Shown here: piece after piece, positions 19,655 through 29,189 of the stretch
How positions within the stretch are numbered: position 1 is the stretch's first letter
How the letters are laid out: each line of letters starts with the position of its first letter
Assembly (NCBI GenBank): GCA_963742735.1
Contig: CAVUMN010000004.1
Location: forward strand, 512,001-576,000
Length of the DNA: 64,000 bases
Source of the DNA: an uncultured Actinomycetes bacterium
GTDB lineage: Bacteria; Actinomycetota; UBA4738; JBBDTT01
Direction of reading: 5' to 3'
Notes under the pieces: generated by a model
Database searches by the model: none
Told to the model about the DNA's origin: nothing
The model's input: only the letters and a program-made list of their open reading frames with translations
Program-made: the position numbers and the translations under genes

Positions 19655-21022
19655 CTACCCGCCACCCACGTTGCCCAGCGTGTACCGGATGGCGCGGGAC
19701 AGATCGGGATCCTCCTCGGGGGCCACCGCGCGCAGGTCGAACACCACCGCGTCCGCCTCGACCCGGCAGAACACCGGCGGCTGGCTCACGCGCAGGGCGG
19801 CCGCGAACTCCTCCGGATGCTCGACCGGGAGCCGGACACCCGCGGAGCCGATGGCGTGCCCCGGCGCCGACCCTCCTCCGGCGGAGGCCTCGGTGTCGAC
19901 GACCGCCGCCCCCGCGAGCGCCTTCGCGATCGCGCGGGCCCGGGCCCGCAACTCCCGGCGCGTGGCGCGCATCGTCCGCCAGAACGGCACCGCGTCGACC
20001 TCGCCCCGCGCATGTGCGCGGAGCGTCGCCACCAGCGCGGCCACCGTCATCACGTCCACGCGCAGCGCGCGGGCCATGGGGTTCTTCCGAAGCCGTGCCA
20101 CCAGCTCGGCCCGGCCCACCAGGATCCCGGCCTGCGGCCCTCCCAGGAGCTTGTCGCCGCTGAAGCACACCAGGTCCGCGCCCGCGGCCAGGGACTCGGC
20201 GGCCGAGGGCTCCTCCGGCGGCATCCCCGCGCTCCGTTGCAGCAGCCCGCTGCCCAGGTCGTGGAGCAGCGGGACGTCCTTTCGGTGGGCCGCCTCGGCG
20301 AGTGCCGCGGTGGCCACCGATTCGGTGAACCCGCTCACCCGGTAGTTGCTGGGGTGGACCTGCAGGATCAGCGCCGTCCTCGGGCCGATCGCGCGCTCGT
20401 AGTCCGAGCGCCGGGTCCGGTTCGTGGTGCCGACCTCGACGAGCTTCGCGCCGCTCGCCGCCATCACGTCGGGCAGGCGGAACTCGCCCCCGATCTCGAT
20501 CAGCTCGCCCCGCGAGACCAGGACCTCCCTGCGCCGGGCCAGCGCGCTCAGTGCCAGCAGCAACGCCGCGGCGTTGTTGTTCACGACCAGGGCGTCCTCG
20601 GCCCCGGTCAGGGCCCGCAGCAGGTACTCGGCGTGCGCGGTGCGGCGGCCGCGCTTGCCGGTGTCGCGGTCCACCTCCAGGTCGGCGTAGCGCCCGGCCA
20701 CCCGGCGCACGGCCTTCACGGCCTCCTCGCCCAGGGGCGCCCGCCCCAGCCCGGTGTGCAGCAGCACACCCGTGGCGTTGATCACCGGCTGCAGGCCGAT
20801 CGACGCGCGGGCCGCCCGCCGCGCCGCGATGGCCAGCAGCACCGTGTCGTCGGGGACGGCCCGCCCCCGGCCGGCCTCGGCCCGCGCGTCCTCGAGCGTC
20901 TCCCGGATCGCCAGACGGACCACGTCGCGCCCGAAGTCCCCCGACGCCTCGCGGGCCGGCGGGGTTCGCAGGAGGGCGTCGACCGACGGGAGGCGTCGCC
21001 GGGGGTCGCCGGCCTTCGCCAC
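19655..21022 (-). CDS. selA: L-seryl-tRNA(Sec) selenium transferase
   Basis: VINATGVLLHTGLGRAPL, VNNNAAA, SRGELIEIGGEFR, VGTTNRT, HPSNY, FSGDKLLGGPQAG. Confidence 0.97.
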   Translation of the reverse strand: MAKAGDPRRRLPSVDALLRTPPAREASGDFGRDVVRLAIRETLEDARAEAGRGRAVPDDTVLLAIAARRAARASIGLQPVINATGVLLHTGLGRAPLGEEAVKAVRRVAGRYADLEVDRDTGKRGRRTAHAEYLLRALTGAEDALVVNNNAAALLLALSALARRREVLVSRGELIEIGGEFRLPDVMAASGAKLVEVGTTNRTRRSDYERAIGPRTALILQVHPSNYRVSGFTESVATAALAEAAHRKDVPLLHDLGSGLLQRSAGMPPEEPSAAESLAAGADLVCFSGDKLLGGPQAGILVGRAELVARLRKNPMARALRVDVMTVAALVATLRAHARGEVDAVPFWRTMRATRRELRARARAIAKALAGAAVVDTEASAGGGSAPGHAIGSAGVRLPVEHPEEFAAALRVSQPPVFCRVEADAVVFDLRAVAPEEDPDLSRAIRYTLGNVGGG

Positions 21023-21026
21023 GAAC

Positions 21027-22199
21027 TTACAGCCCGAGCGTGCGGGCGATGATCAGGCGCTGGATCTCGCTGGTGCCCTCCACGATCCGGAGCATCCGCA
21101 CCCAGCGGTAGATGCGCTCGACCGGGCCCTCGGACAGCAGGCCCATGCCGCCCCAGATCTGGACGGCCCGGTCGGCGACGCGCCCCACCATCTCGGTGTT
21201 GTTCAGCTTCACCATGGAGGACTGCAGGATCGGGTACTCGCCTTCGTCCACCAGCCAGGCCAGGTTGTAGGTCATCAGCCGCGCCGACTGGGCCTCGACC
21301 GCCGAGTCGGCGAGCATCCATTGAACGGCCTGGTTCTTGCCGATCGGCTTGCCGAACGCGGTCCGCTCGTTCGCGTACTCCACGCTGATCCGGATCAGGT
21401 GCTCGGCGATCCCCACGCAGAGCGCGCCGATGTACGCGCGCCCGGAGTTCAGGAACTTCATCGCGGACTGGAAACCAAAGCCCACCTCGCCGATGACGCG
21501 CTCGGCCGGGACGCGGCAGTCCTCGAAGATCAGCTCGCCCGTGCCGGTGTCGCCACCCATGGTCTTCTGGTTCTTGCCGCGGATGAACCCGGGCGTATCG
21601 GCATCGACGAAGAACGCCGTGATCCCGCCGGCGGCCTTCTTGTCCGGGTCGGTCACCGCGAACACCAGCGCGTGGTCGGCGCGGGGGGCGTTGGTGATGA
21701 AGTGCTTGCGCCCGTTCAGGACCCAGTCCTCGCCGTCTTGAACCGCGCGGGTGCGGATGCTCTGCGCGTCCGATCCGGTGTCGGGCTCGGTCAGCGCGAA
21801 GCACATCGTCGTCTCGCCGCGGCACAGCGGCGGCACGTACTTGTCGCGGACCTCCGGGCGCAGGTCCATCAGGATCGGCGTGGGCGCCTCCGGCGAGGGA
21901 GGCCCGAGCGCGAAGGACCCCATGCGCAGACCCGTCGTCCCGCCCGCCTCGACCAGAAACGTGTAGCCAAGGTTCCCCAGGCCGCCGCCGCCGACGGCCT
22001 CGGGCATGTACGCGGCGTAGAAGCCGGACTCGGCCGATCGGCGGCGCAGGGCCAGGCCCTCCTGCCGGGCCTCGTCGGGCAGGCTCTCCTCCTGGAGCGC
22101 CTCCGCGAACCGCTCCTCCAGGGGGCGCGCCTCGCGCTCCAGGAACGACCGGAACGAGGACACCAGGTCCTGGTACTCCTGCGGGATGGTGAAGTCCAT
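21027..22199 (-). CDS. Acyl-CoA dehydrogenase
   Basis: FALTEPDTGSD, LNGRKHFITN, RTAFGKPI, QIWGGMG, RIVEGTSEIQR. Confidence 0.95.
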   Translation of the reverse strand: MDFTIPQEYQDLVSSFRSFLEREARPLEERFAEALQEESLPDEARQEGLALRRRSAESGFYAAYMPEAVGGGGLGNLGYTFLVEAGGTTGLRMGSFALGPPSPEAPTPILMDLRPEVRDKYVPPLCRGETTMCFALTEPDTGSDAQSIRTRAVQDGEDWVLNGRKHFITNAPRADHALVFAVTDPDKKAAGGITAFFVDADTPGFIRGKNQKTMGGDTGTGELIFEDCRVPAERVIGEVGFGFQSAMKFLNSGRAYIGALCVGIAEHLIRISVEYANERTAFGKPIGKNQAVQWMLADSAVEAQSARLMTYNLAWLVDEGEYPILQSSMVKLNNTEMVGRVADRAVQIWGGMGLLSEGPVERIYRWVRMLRIVEGTSEIQRLIIARTLGL

Positions 22200-22283
22200 G
22201 GCCGGTAACTGTATCCGCGTTGCGTGGCGGGGGCCGGTGGGTATGTATCGGGAGAAGGCAACGACCCACGGAGGAGGGGGAAC

Positions 22284-22769
22284 ATGAACCTTGTCCGGCA
22301 TTTCATGGCGACCGAGGTCGAGACGGCCACCCAGGACACGCCGATCGAGGAGATCGCCCAGATGATGGCGAAGGCCGACGTGGGCTCGATCCCCATCGTT
22401 CGAGGCAACAGCCTGGAGGGCATCGTCACGGATCGGGACATCGTCGTTCGGGTCGTGGCCGAGGGTCATGCCGGTTCGGCCAAGGCGATCGACGCGATGA
22501 GCACGGACGTCGTGACCGTGACCCCCGACCAGAACGTCAGTGACGCCCGCGAACTGATGGCGGCGGGACAGATCCGCCGGCTTCCGGTGGTCAAGGGGGA
22601 CGAGCTGGTCGGCATGATCTCGCTGGGCGATCTCGCCGTGCAGGACCCGAGCGAGCGGGCCACGGGCGAGACCCTCCAGGAGATCAGCCGGTCGGCGGAC
22701 ACCGAGATCACGAACGAGGGGAAGGGTCCGGTGAAGGGCACCCCCGACCGCGTCCGCGAGGCCGGCTAG
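22284..22769 (+). CDS. CBS domain protein
   Basis: GIVTDRDIVVR, IRRLPVV, GMISLGDL. Strong RBS. Confidence 0.92.
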   Translation: MNLVRHFMATEVETATQDTPIEEIAQMMAKADVGSIPIVRGNSLEGIVTDRDIVVRVVAEGHAGSAKAIDAMSTDVVTVTPDQNVSDARELMAAGQIRRLPVVKGDELVGMISLGDLAVQDPSERATGETLQEISRSADTEITNEGKGPVKGTPDRVREAG

Positions 22770-22815
22770 CGGCGCCTCCGCCCACACCGGCCGGCGCCGC
22801 TAGACTGCACGGCGC

Positions 22816-24024
22816 ATGGCCGACGACACCCTGATCAGCCCGGAGCCCCCCAGCGCGTACGCCACGCTGGGCGAGCAGCTCCTGGTGCGGGGCGGCGGTG
22901 TGGACATCATTCCCGTCGAGAAGGGCCTGTCCACCGAGGAGATGCTCCTCAACATCGGGCCCCAGCACCCCTCGACCCACGGGGTGCTGCGGATCATCCT
23001 GGAGCTCGACGGCGAGGTCATCACCCGAGCCGAGCCCGTGATCGGTTACATGCACCGCGCGGCCGAGAAGCTCTCCGAGGTCCGCGACGTCCGCCAGATC
23101 GGCGTGCTGATGAACCGCCACGACTGGCTCAGCTCGATGAACAACGAGCTGGGGTTCTACCTGGCGGTCGAGAAGCTCGTCGGCGTCGAGGTGCCCGACC
23201 GCGCCAGTTGGATCCGGATGTTGATGGTCGAGTGGAACCGCGTCCTCAACCACCTGATGTTCATGGGCTCGTACCCCCTCGAGCTCGGGGCGATGACGCC
23301 GATGTTCTACGCGTTCCGCGAGCGCGAGATGATCCAGCACCTCATGGAGTCCGCCACGGGCGGGCGGATGCACTTCATGTTCTGTCGCGTCGGCGGCCTG
23401 AAGGACGATCTCCCGAGGGGGTTCCTGCAGGAGTCGGCCTCCCTGGTCACCTACATCCGCAAGAAGCTCCGCGAGTTCGAGGACCTGATCCTGGGCAACG
23501 AGATCATCCACGCCCGGACGAAGAAGGTCGGCATCCTGGACCCCGAGGTCGCGCTGTCGTACGGCGTCTCCGGCCCGGTCCTGCAGGCCTCGAAGACGCC
23601 GATGGACTCCCGCAAGGACGAGCCGTACCTGAAGTACGAGGAGGTCGACTTCGACATCCCGATCGGCCCGCACGGCGACAGCTACGACCGGCTCTGGGTG
23701 CTCGTTCAGCGCGTGTGGCAGTCGGTGCGGATCATCGAGCAGATCCACGACAAGATTCCGCCGGGCCCGTACGTCACGCCGAAGGTGAAGCCGAACCCGA
23801 AGATCCCCGAGGGCGAGGTGTACGTGCGCACGGAGAACCCGCTCGGGCTCATGTCGTACTACCTGGTCGGCGACGGCACCGAGTTCCCCTACCGGCTGAA
23901 GATGCGCACGGCGTCGTTCTCGAACGTCTCGATCCTGCCCCACCTGCTGCCGGGGGCCCTGGTCGCCGACCTCATCGCCATCCTCGGCTCGATCTTCTTC
24001 GTCGTCGGCGACGTCGACCGCTAG
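22816..24024 (+). CDS. nuoD: NADH-quinone oxidoreductase subunit D (stand-alone copy)
   Basis: NIGPQHPSTHGVLR, GYMHRAAEK, FRERE, GDSYDR, PYRLKMRT, GDVDR. Confidence 0.93.
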   Translation: MADDTLISPEPPSAYATLGEQLLVRGGGVDIIPVEKGLSTEEMLLNIGPQHPSTHGVLRIILELDGEVITRAEPVIGYMHRAAEKLSEVRDVRQIGVLMNRHDWLSSMNNELGFYLAVEKLVGVEVPDRASWIRMLMVEWNRVLNHLMFMGSYPLELGAMTPMFYAFREREMIQHLMESATGGRMHFMFCRVGGLKDDLPRGFLQESASLVTYIRKKLREFEDLILGNEIIHARTKKVGILDPEVALSYGVSGPVLQASKTPMDSRKDEPYLKYEEVDFDIPIGPHGDSYDRLWVLVQRVWQSVRIIEQIHDKIPPGPYVTPKVKPNPKIPEGEVYVRTENPLGLMSYYLVGDGTEFPYRLKMRTASFSNVSILPHLLPGALVADLIAILGSIFFVVGDVDR

Positions 24025-24071
24025 CGCGAGTCCACGTCAGACCGCGTCGCCGTAGCCGCGCGGCGTTTCCG

Positions 24072-25118
24072 TTACGGCTGAGCCCACCTGACCGTCACGG
24101 TGCCGTTGTAGGCGATCCGCGGCGTGCCGCTCGGGCTCCCCACCAGGGAGATTCCGCCCAGCTGGGGGCCGCCCACGTCCGGGAAGAGCGTCGAGATCTT
24201 CCAGCCCGAGGTCGTGAACACGGCCCACCGCAGCGCATACGGTCCCGACCCCGTCGTGAAGGCGATCTGGGGAGGCCCTGACTGCGAGGTCCGGATCACG
24301 GGGTTGGTCGCCGTCGAGTTGGCGAGCAGGAGCCTGCGCGACCACGAGTCCGTGGCGGCCTGGAAGGCGTACATCAGCCCTGAGTTCGTGATGTACGCGA
24401 TCCGCGGCTGCTCGCCCTTCGTCGTGATCGAGGGGAGCCTCGCGGAGGTGCTGGCCCCGGAGACCACCTCCGTGTCCCACCCGAGCTGCGTCTGGCCGGC
24501 GAAGCGCACCTGGCCCTCAGAGGAGTACGCGATCTTGGCAACGTCCTCGAGCAGGAAGAGCGAGGCGGTGCCCGCCACGTCCGGGTCGATCTCCTCGGTG
24601 TCGTACGTGTCGGCGTCCGGGTCGTAGATGCTGTAGGAGAGCCCCCCGCCGTTCGTGGGCTTGTGGACGATCCCCAGCGTGCCGTCGGAGAGGACCTTCA
24701 GGTCGAGCACCCGCGCGTCGATGGTGTCCTCCAGCGTCCAAACGCCCTCGTCAGTCCGGAAGTACAGCGGGCTTCCGTCCCCGATCTCCAGGAAGGACAC
24801 CCACGGCGTGCCGTCGTCGGCGTCGAGGGCCAGCTGCGGGTTCGCGGACCCGTAGAAGACGCCGTTGGCCACGACGACCTCACGGTGCCAGACCCCGTTG
24901 ACGAGGGTGGCGAACTTGATCCCGTCCGTGGACGGGAGCGGGTGATCCTTCACGTAGACGACGGAGGTCTTGGTCACTCCGTTGTCGATGAACGCCGCGT
25001 CGGGGTCGCGGCCGAGATCCTCGATCTTCGACGAGGTCCAGGCCGCCGAGGCGGGCGACGCGAGCGCCGCGACCAGCGATACCGCAAGCAGGAACGGGAA
25101 CAGACGTCTGGCGCGCAT
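24072..25118 (-). CDS. Secreted beta-rich (propeller-like) hypothetical protein
   Basis: Signal peptide ending ASPASA. Repeated P.IA(Y/F)...W..E units. RBS GGAGG. Confidence 0.7.
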   Translation of the reverse strand: MRARRLFPFLLAVSLVAALASPASAAWTSSKIEDLGRDPDAAFIDNGVTKTSVVYVKDHPLPSTDGIKFATLVNGVWHREVVVANGVFYGSANPQLALDADDGTPWVSFLEIGDGSPLYFRTDEGVWTLEDTIDARVLDLKVLSDGTLGIVHKPTNGGGLSYSIYDPDADTYDTEEIDPDVAGTASLFLLEDVAKIAYSSEGQVRFAGQTQLGWDTEVVSGASTSARLPSITTKGEQPRIAYITNSGLMYAFQAATDSWSRRLLLANSTATNPVIRTSQSGPPQIAFTTGSGPYALRWAVFTTSGWKISTLFPDVGGPQLGGISLVGSPSGTPRIAYNGTVTVRWAQP

Positions 25119-25195
25119 GCGAACACCTCCGGGTCAGGGGGAACTCACCGCACTCTACAATGGGCGTCACCCCGCGTCATATGTCCGTTTTCCCT

Positions 25196-26265
25196 TTACG
25201 CATCCCCTCGCACGGCCGCCAGCGGTGCGTCCACGCCGATGCCGAACGCCATGACCTGCAGCGAGCCGAGGCCGCCCGGGTCGATCAGCAGCGACTCGCG
25301 GCTGCGCTCGGCCCACCGGCGGGCGGCCTCCAGGTGCCGCCCCTCGTCGACGGCCTCGGCCGTCGCCACCCGGTCGGCCTCGGCGCGCTCGCCGAACCCG
25401 AGCGCCAGGAGGGCGTCGCGCTGTGACACCGGACCCCACACGCGCAGGCCGAGACGTTCGCCGAACGTCGCGAGCGCGGTGAGGTCGACGCCCGCAGTGA
25501 TGTCGGCCGAGCCCGGGTGCAGCAGGAGATCCTGGCCGGCCTGGTGGCCGCGGTAGGTCTGGGGAGTCCGGGGGCCCTCGCCGCCATAGTCGAAGATCAG
25601 GACGTAGCCGCGCTGGAGGTCCCCGGCGGCGCGCTGGAGCCAGCGCTCGGGCTCATCGCTGATCGCCACGGTCGCTCCGGCGTCCACGGCGCCGGCGCGT
25701 CCGGCCAGGGAATCGTCGGCCGGGACCGCGACGAAGGTGAGGTGCTCGTTCCCGTCCAGGCCGACCAGGAGCTCGACGACGCCCTCTTCCTGTTTCCGCG
25801 CGAGCCGGAACGGCAGGTTGTCCAGGAGCTCGTTGGCCAGCACCACGCCGGTGACGCCGGAGGGGCCGTCATCGGGGCTCGTTGCCTCCAGGCGGGCTGC
25901 ACGCAGCGCGCGGATCGCGCCCGGCGTGCGCTCCACGCCCACGTACCTGACGGTCCGGGCCAGCGGCGGGTGGGCCTCGAAGGCCGAGAGCACCTGGCGC
26001 GCGAGCGTCCCGTCGCCGGCCGCCCACTCCACGACGTGGAAGGGGTCGGGCTGCCCGAGCAGGTCCCACGCCTCGCCGAGCTGGCGCGCCACGAGCGCCC
26101 CGAACGCCGGCGACACGTGCGGGCTGGTCAGGAAGTGTCCCTCCACGCCCACAGGCGGCTCGGCGTAGAAGCCGTCCTCGGGATCGTAGAGCGCCGCGTC
26201 CATGAACGCGGCGAACGTGATGGGCCCGGACTCGGCGATCCGGCCCCGGAGCCGTTGGGCGAGGC
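25196..26265 (-). CDS. SAM-dependent methyltransferase, MidA/NDUFAF7 family
   Basis: GPITFAAFMDAALY..GFY, HFLTSP, VEWAAGDGTL, ANELLDNLP, FDYG, PGSADITAGVD. The start is unclear: the first ATG is at 26203, but similarity extends upstream. Confidence 0.88.
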
Positions 26266-26274
26266 GGCCTGTTG

Positions 26275-26793
26275 CTACGGCGTCGCCTCGAAGACGCCCG
26301 TGGCGTTCACCGTCGGCCCCGTGCCCCCGGTCGAGAGGTCCGTGCAGTCGAAGCTCCCGGACACGCCCTCCTCGGACGGGTCGTCGAACGCAAGGGTGCA
26401 TTCGCCGCGGATGGAGGTGAGCAGGGCGATCTGGGGGTCCGTGACCGTGACCGTGATGACCAGCGTGTTGGAGGTCGGGCCGTTCGTGAACACCCCGGCG
26501 ATGCCGAACGAGTTCCCGGTCGTGTCGGCGTAGGGGAGGCTCGAGCCGCCGGCCTCGTTGAACGTGGCTCCCACCTGCGTGAGGGGGACGTCGAAGCTCT
26601 TGTTGATCCCGCCCGAGAGCTCCACGTGCGCGGTCCCCTGCGTGAAGTGGGTCCCCGGCAGCGAGGGCAGCCCGGTGGGGTTCGTGGGGACGTTGATGGT
26701 GGGGAGGATGTCCGACGTCTCGCCGCCGCAGCCGGCCATGACCAGGCTCGCGACCACGAGGCCGAGCAGGGCCGGGCGAAGCCGTCGGGTCAC
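26275..26793 (-). CDS. Hypothetical lipoprotein
   Basis: RBS GAGGAGG, GTG start, lipobox MAGC, Thr/Gly-rich beta domain. Confidence 0.7.
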   Translation of the reverse strand: MTRRLRPALLGLVVASLVMAGCGGETSDILPTINVPTNPTGLPSLPGTHFTQGTAHVELSGGINKSFDVPLTQVGATFNEAGGSSLPYADTTGNSFGIAGVFTNGPTSNTLVITVTVTDPQIALLTSIRGECTLAFDDPSEEGVSGSFDCTDLSTGGTGPTVNATGVFEATP

Positions 26794-26839
26794 GTATTCC
26801 TCCTCGGTCGGGTTGGTCCAATGCTGCCACAATCGCGGC

Positions 26840-27490
26840 GTGCAGCCACGACCTGCGGCGACCGTCGTCGTGGCCCGGGATGGGTCCCACGGCGTGGAGG
26901 TGCTCGTCCTCGAGCGATCCCCCGCGAGCCGCTTCGCCCCCGGCTTCGTCGTGTTCCCCGGAGGCTCTCAGGACCCCGGCGACGCGGCCCTGGCCGAGCG
27001 CTGGTTCGGCTCGACGGCCGAGGCCGCCCGGGCGTGCGGGCTCCGCGAGCTCTACGAGGAGGCCGGCATGGTCGCCACCGCGAAGGGGCTCGTCGTTGGC
27101 CCCGATGGGGAGCGCGACATCGAGCTGGTCGAGTTCGACCCGCCCCCGGGGGACGCGATGCCCCAGATCTCCCGGTGGATCGCGCCGGAGTTCCTGCCGA
27201 AGCGGTTCGACGCCCGCTTCTACGCGCTGGAGGCGCCCGCCGGGCTGGACCCGATCCCGGACGGAATCGAGATCGTCCGCGGCTGGTGGGCGGAGGCCGA
27301 CCACGTGGTCGCCCGGTCGGCGGCGGGGGAGGTCTCCCTGATGTGGCCGACGTTCAAGACGCTGCAGGCGCTGCGGGAGTGCAACACGGTGAAGGACGTC
27401 CTGGCCCTGCACGTTCCCCAGGTGGAGCCGACGTTCGACGAGCTGGAGGCCGCACGCCGGGCGAGCGAGGGGCTCGAGGCTCCCGGGTGA
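26840..27490 (+). CDS. NUDIX hydrolase (NUDT19-like)
   Basis: PRPAATVV, VFPGG, CGLRELYEEAG, WIAPEFLPKRFDARFY. Confidence 0.9.
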   Translation: MQPRPAATVVVARDGSHGVEVLVLERSPASRFAPGFVVFPGGSQDPGDAALAERWFGSTAEAARACGLRELYEEAGMVATAKGLVVGPDGERDIELVEFDPPPGDAMPQISRWIAPEFLPKRFDARFYALEAPAGLDPIPDGIEIVRGWWAEADHVVARSAAGEVSLMWPTFKTLQALRECNTVKDVLALHVPQVEPTFDELEAARRASEGLEAPG

Positions 27491-28371
27491 TCCGGGTCGT
27501 TCGGGTCCTCGCCCCCAACCCGGGGCCGTTCACCCTCGAGGGCACCAACACGTGGATCGTCGGGGAGAACCCCGCGATCGTGATCGACCCGGGCCCCGAC
27601 GACGACGCCGGCCACCTGCTCTCGGTGCTCGACGTCGCCGGCCCGGTGGCAGAGATCCTGGTGACCCACGACCACCCCGATCACCAGCCCGGCGCCGAGC
27701 GCCTGTCCGAGGCCACCGGCATCCCGTACCGGGCTCACCGGCCCGGCCCCGGCGGGGTGAAGCTCCACGACGGCGAGGTGGTCACGGCCGGGCAGGTCGG
27801 CCTGCGAGCGATCCACACGCCCGGCCATTCGGCCGACCACACCGCGTTCTTCCTGGACCGCGAGGGCGTGCTGTTCACGGGCGACGCCGTGCTCGGGCGG
27901 GGGACCAGCGTGATCTCGCCGCCGGACGGCGACCTGAGTGCCTACCTGCGTTCCCTCTCGGCCATGCTGGCGTTGGAGCCGCGCACCATCTACCCGGGCC
28001 ACGGGCCGGCGGTGTTCGACGCGCCGGGGAAGCTGCAGGAGTACCTGGACCACCGGGCCCAGCGCGAGGAGCAGGTCATCGACGCCCTGCGGGGCGGCCC
28101 GAAGACGCCCGAGGAGATCGTCCCCGGCATCTACGGGGAGGAGGGCGTGCCCGAGGAGATGTTCCCCATCGCCGCCCGATCGGTCCTGGCCCACCTGCAG
28201 AAGCTCGAGCGCGACGGCCGAGCGGTCAGGCAGCGCCCCGCCGCCGCCAACCGGTTCGCCCTGGCCGAGGCAAGAGCCTGCGAACGCTGCGGACGACCGG
28301 CGGCCCCGCACAGCCGGTTCTGCGGACGCTGTTCGGTCGCGGTTCTCCAGGAAGGGCCCGCGGCGACCTGA
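27487..28371 (+). CDS. MBL-fold hydrolase (LACTB2-like) with C-terminal Cys4 ribbon
   Basis: APNPGPFTLEGTNTW, THDHPDH, TPGHSADH, FTGD, PGHGP. Tail CERC...CGRC. Confidence 0.92.
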   Translation: MIRVVRVLAPNPGPFTLEGTNTWIVGENPAIVIDPGPDDDAGHLLSVLDVAGPVAEILVTHDHPDHQPGAERLSEATGIPYRAHRPGPGGVKLHDGEVVTAGQVGLRAIHTPGHSADHTAFFLDREGVLFTGDAVLGRGTSVISPPDGDLSAYLRSLSAMLALEPRTIYPGHGPAVFDAPGKLQEYLDHRAQREEQVIDALRGGPKTPEEIVPGIYGEEGVPEEMFPIAARSVLAHLQKLERDGRAVRQRPAAANRFALAEARACERCGRPAAPHSRFCGRCSVAVLQEGPAAT

Positions 28372-28373
28372 GG

Positions 28374-29063
28374 TCAGGTGGCGCGGCGGGCGAGGCTCTC
28401 GGGGTCGGTGACGACGTACTTGCGGCCCTGCATCGCCAGCCACCCGCGCGCCACGAACGAGGCCACGGCCTTGTTCACGCTCTCGCGGGCCGCCCCGACC
28501 ATCTGGGCGAGCTCCTCCTGCGTCACGGCGAGGTCGATCAGCGTCCCGCCGTCGTGGGCCGACCCGTAACGTTCGGACAGGTCCAGGAACCGCTTCGCCA
28601 GCCGGCCCGGAACGTCGGAGAAGATCGCGTCCTGCAGGGCCTCGCTCGTCTCACGAAGCCGAACGGCGAGCACCTCCAGCAGCTGCCACGCGACCTGCGG
28701 ATGGTCCTCGACGAACGGCCGGAACCCGGCGCTGGAGAGCGCGAGCACGACCGTGTCCTCGATGGCGGTGGCGTCGGCGGTTCGGACGCCGCGATCGAGC
28801 ATCGCCAGCTCGCCGAGGACCTCGCCCGGCCCCAGCAGGGCCACCACGACCTCCCGGCCGTCGCCGGAGAGGTTCGAGACCTTCACGGCGCCGGACTCGA
28901 TCACGTACAGCGAGTCGCCCGGGTCGCCCTGATGGAACAAGACGGTCCCGCGCGGGAGCTGACGGCTCGTCATGCGCGATCCCAGGTCGGCCAGGTCGGG
29001 TCTCGGGACGCGCGCGAACAGAGGCACGCTCGCGAGGGTGGACAGGGCGTCGGGGCCGACCAT
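28374..29063 (-). CDS. Crp/Fnr family transcriptional regulator (GlxR/Crp-like)
   Basis: LFHQGDPGD, GELAMLD..RTA, TQEELAQMVGAARESVNK HTH. Confidence 0.95.
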   Translation of the reverse strand: MVGPDALSTLASVPLFARVPRPDLADLGSRMTSRQLPRGTVLFHQGDPGDSLYVIESGAVKVSNLSGDGREVVVALLGPGEVLGELAMLDRGVRTADATAIEDTVVLALSSAGFRPFVEDHPQVAWQLLEVLAVRLRETSEALQDAIFSDVPGRLAKRFLDLSERYGSAHDGGTLIDLAVTQEELAQMVGAARESVNKAVASFVARGWLAMQGRKYVVTDPESLARRAT

Positions 29064-29189
29064 CTCGGGCGAAGTGTACGGAACGGAACCCTCGGGCGCG
29101 TCGCGGATCGGCCTTCACAGCCGATCCGGTCGCCTGCTACGCTGCTGCGTCGGCGGCCCAGCCCGGTGGCCGTTCTCAGGAGGCGCGCC

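Noticed and set aside
22219-22244. GTTG-N16-GGGTAT upstream of the CBS gene, resembling a SigF/SigB promoter
   Set aside because: Only a single imperfect instance. It is plausible but not supportable from sequence alone.
13749-22300. tRNA-Sec (selC), selD or UGA-containing selenoprotein near selAB
   Set aside because: No cloverleaf in the short intergenic gaps and no gene with a convincing in-frame TGA was found by eye.
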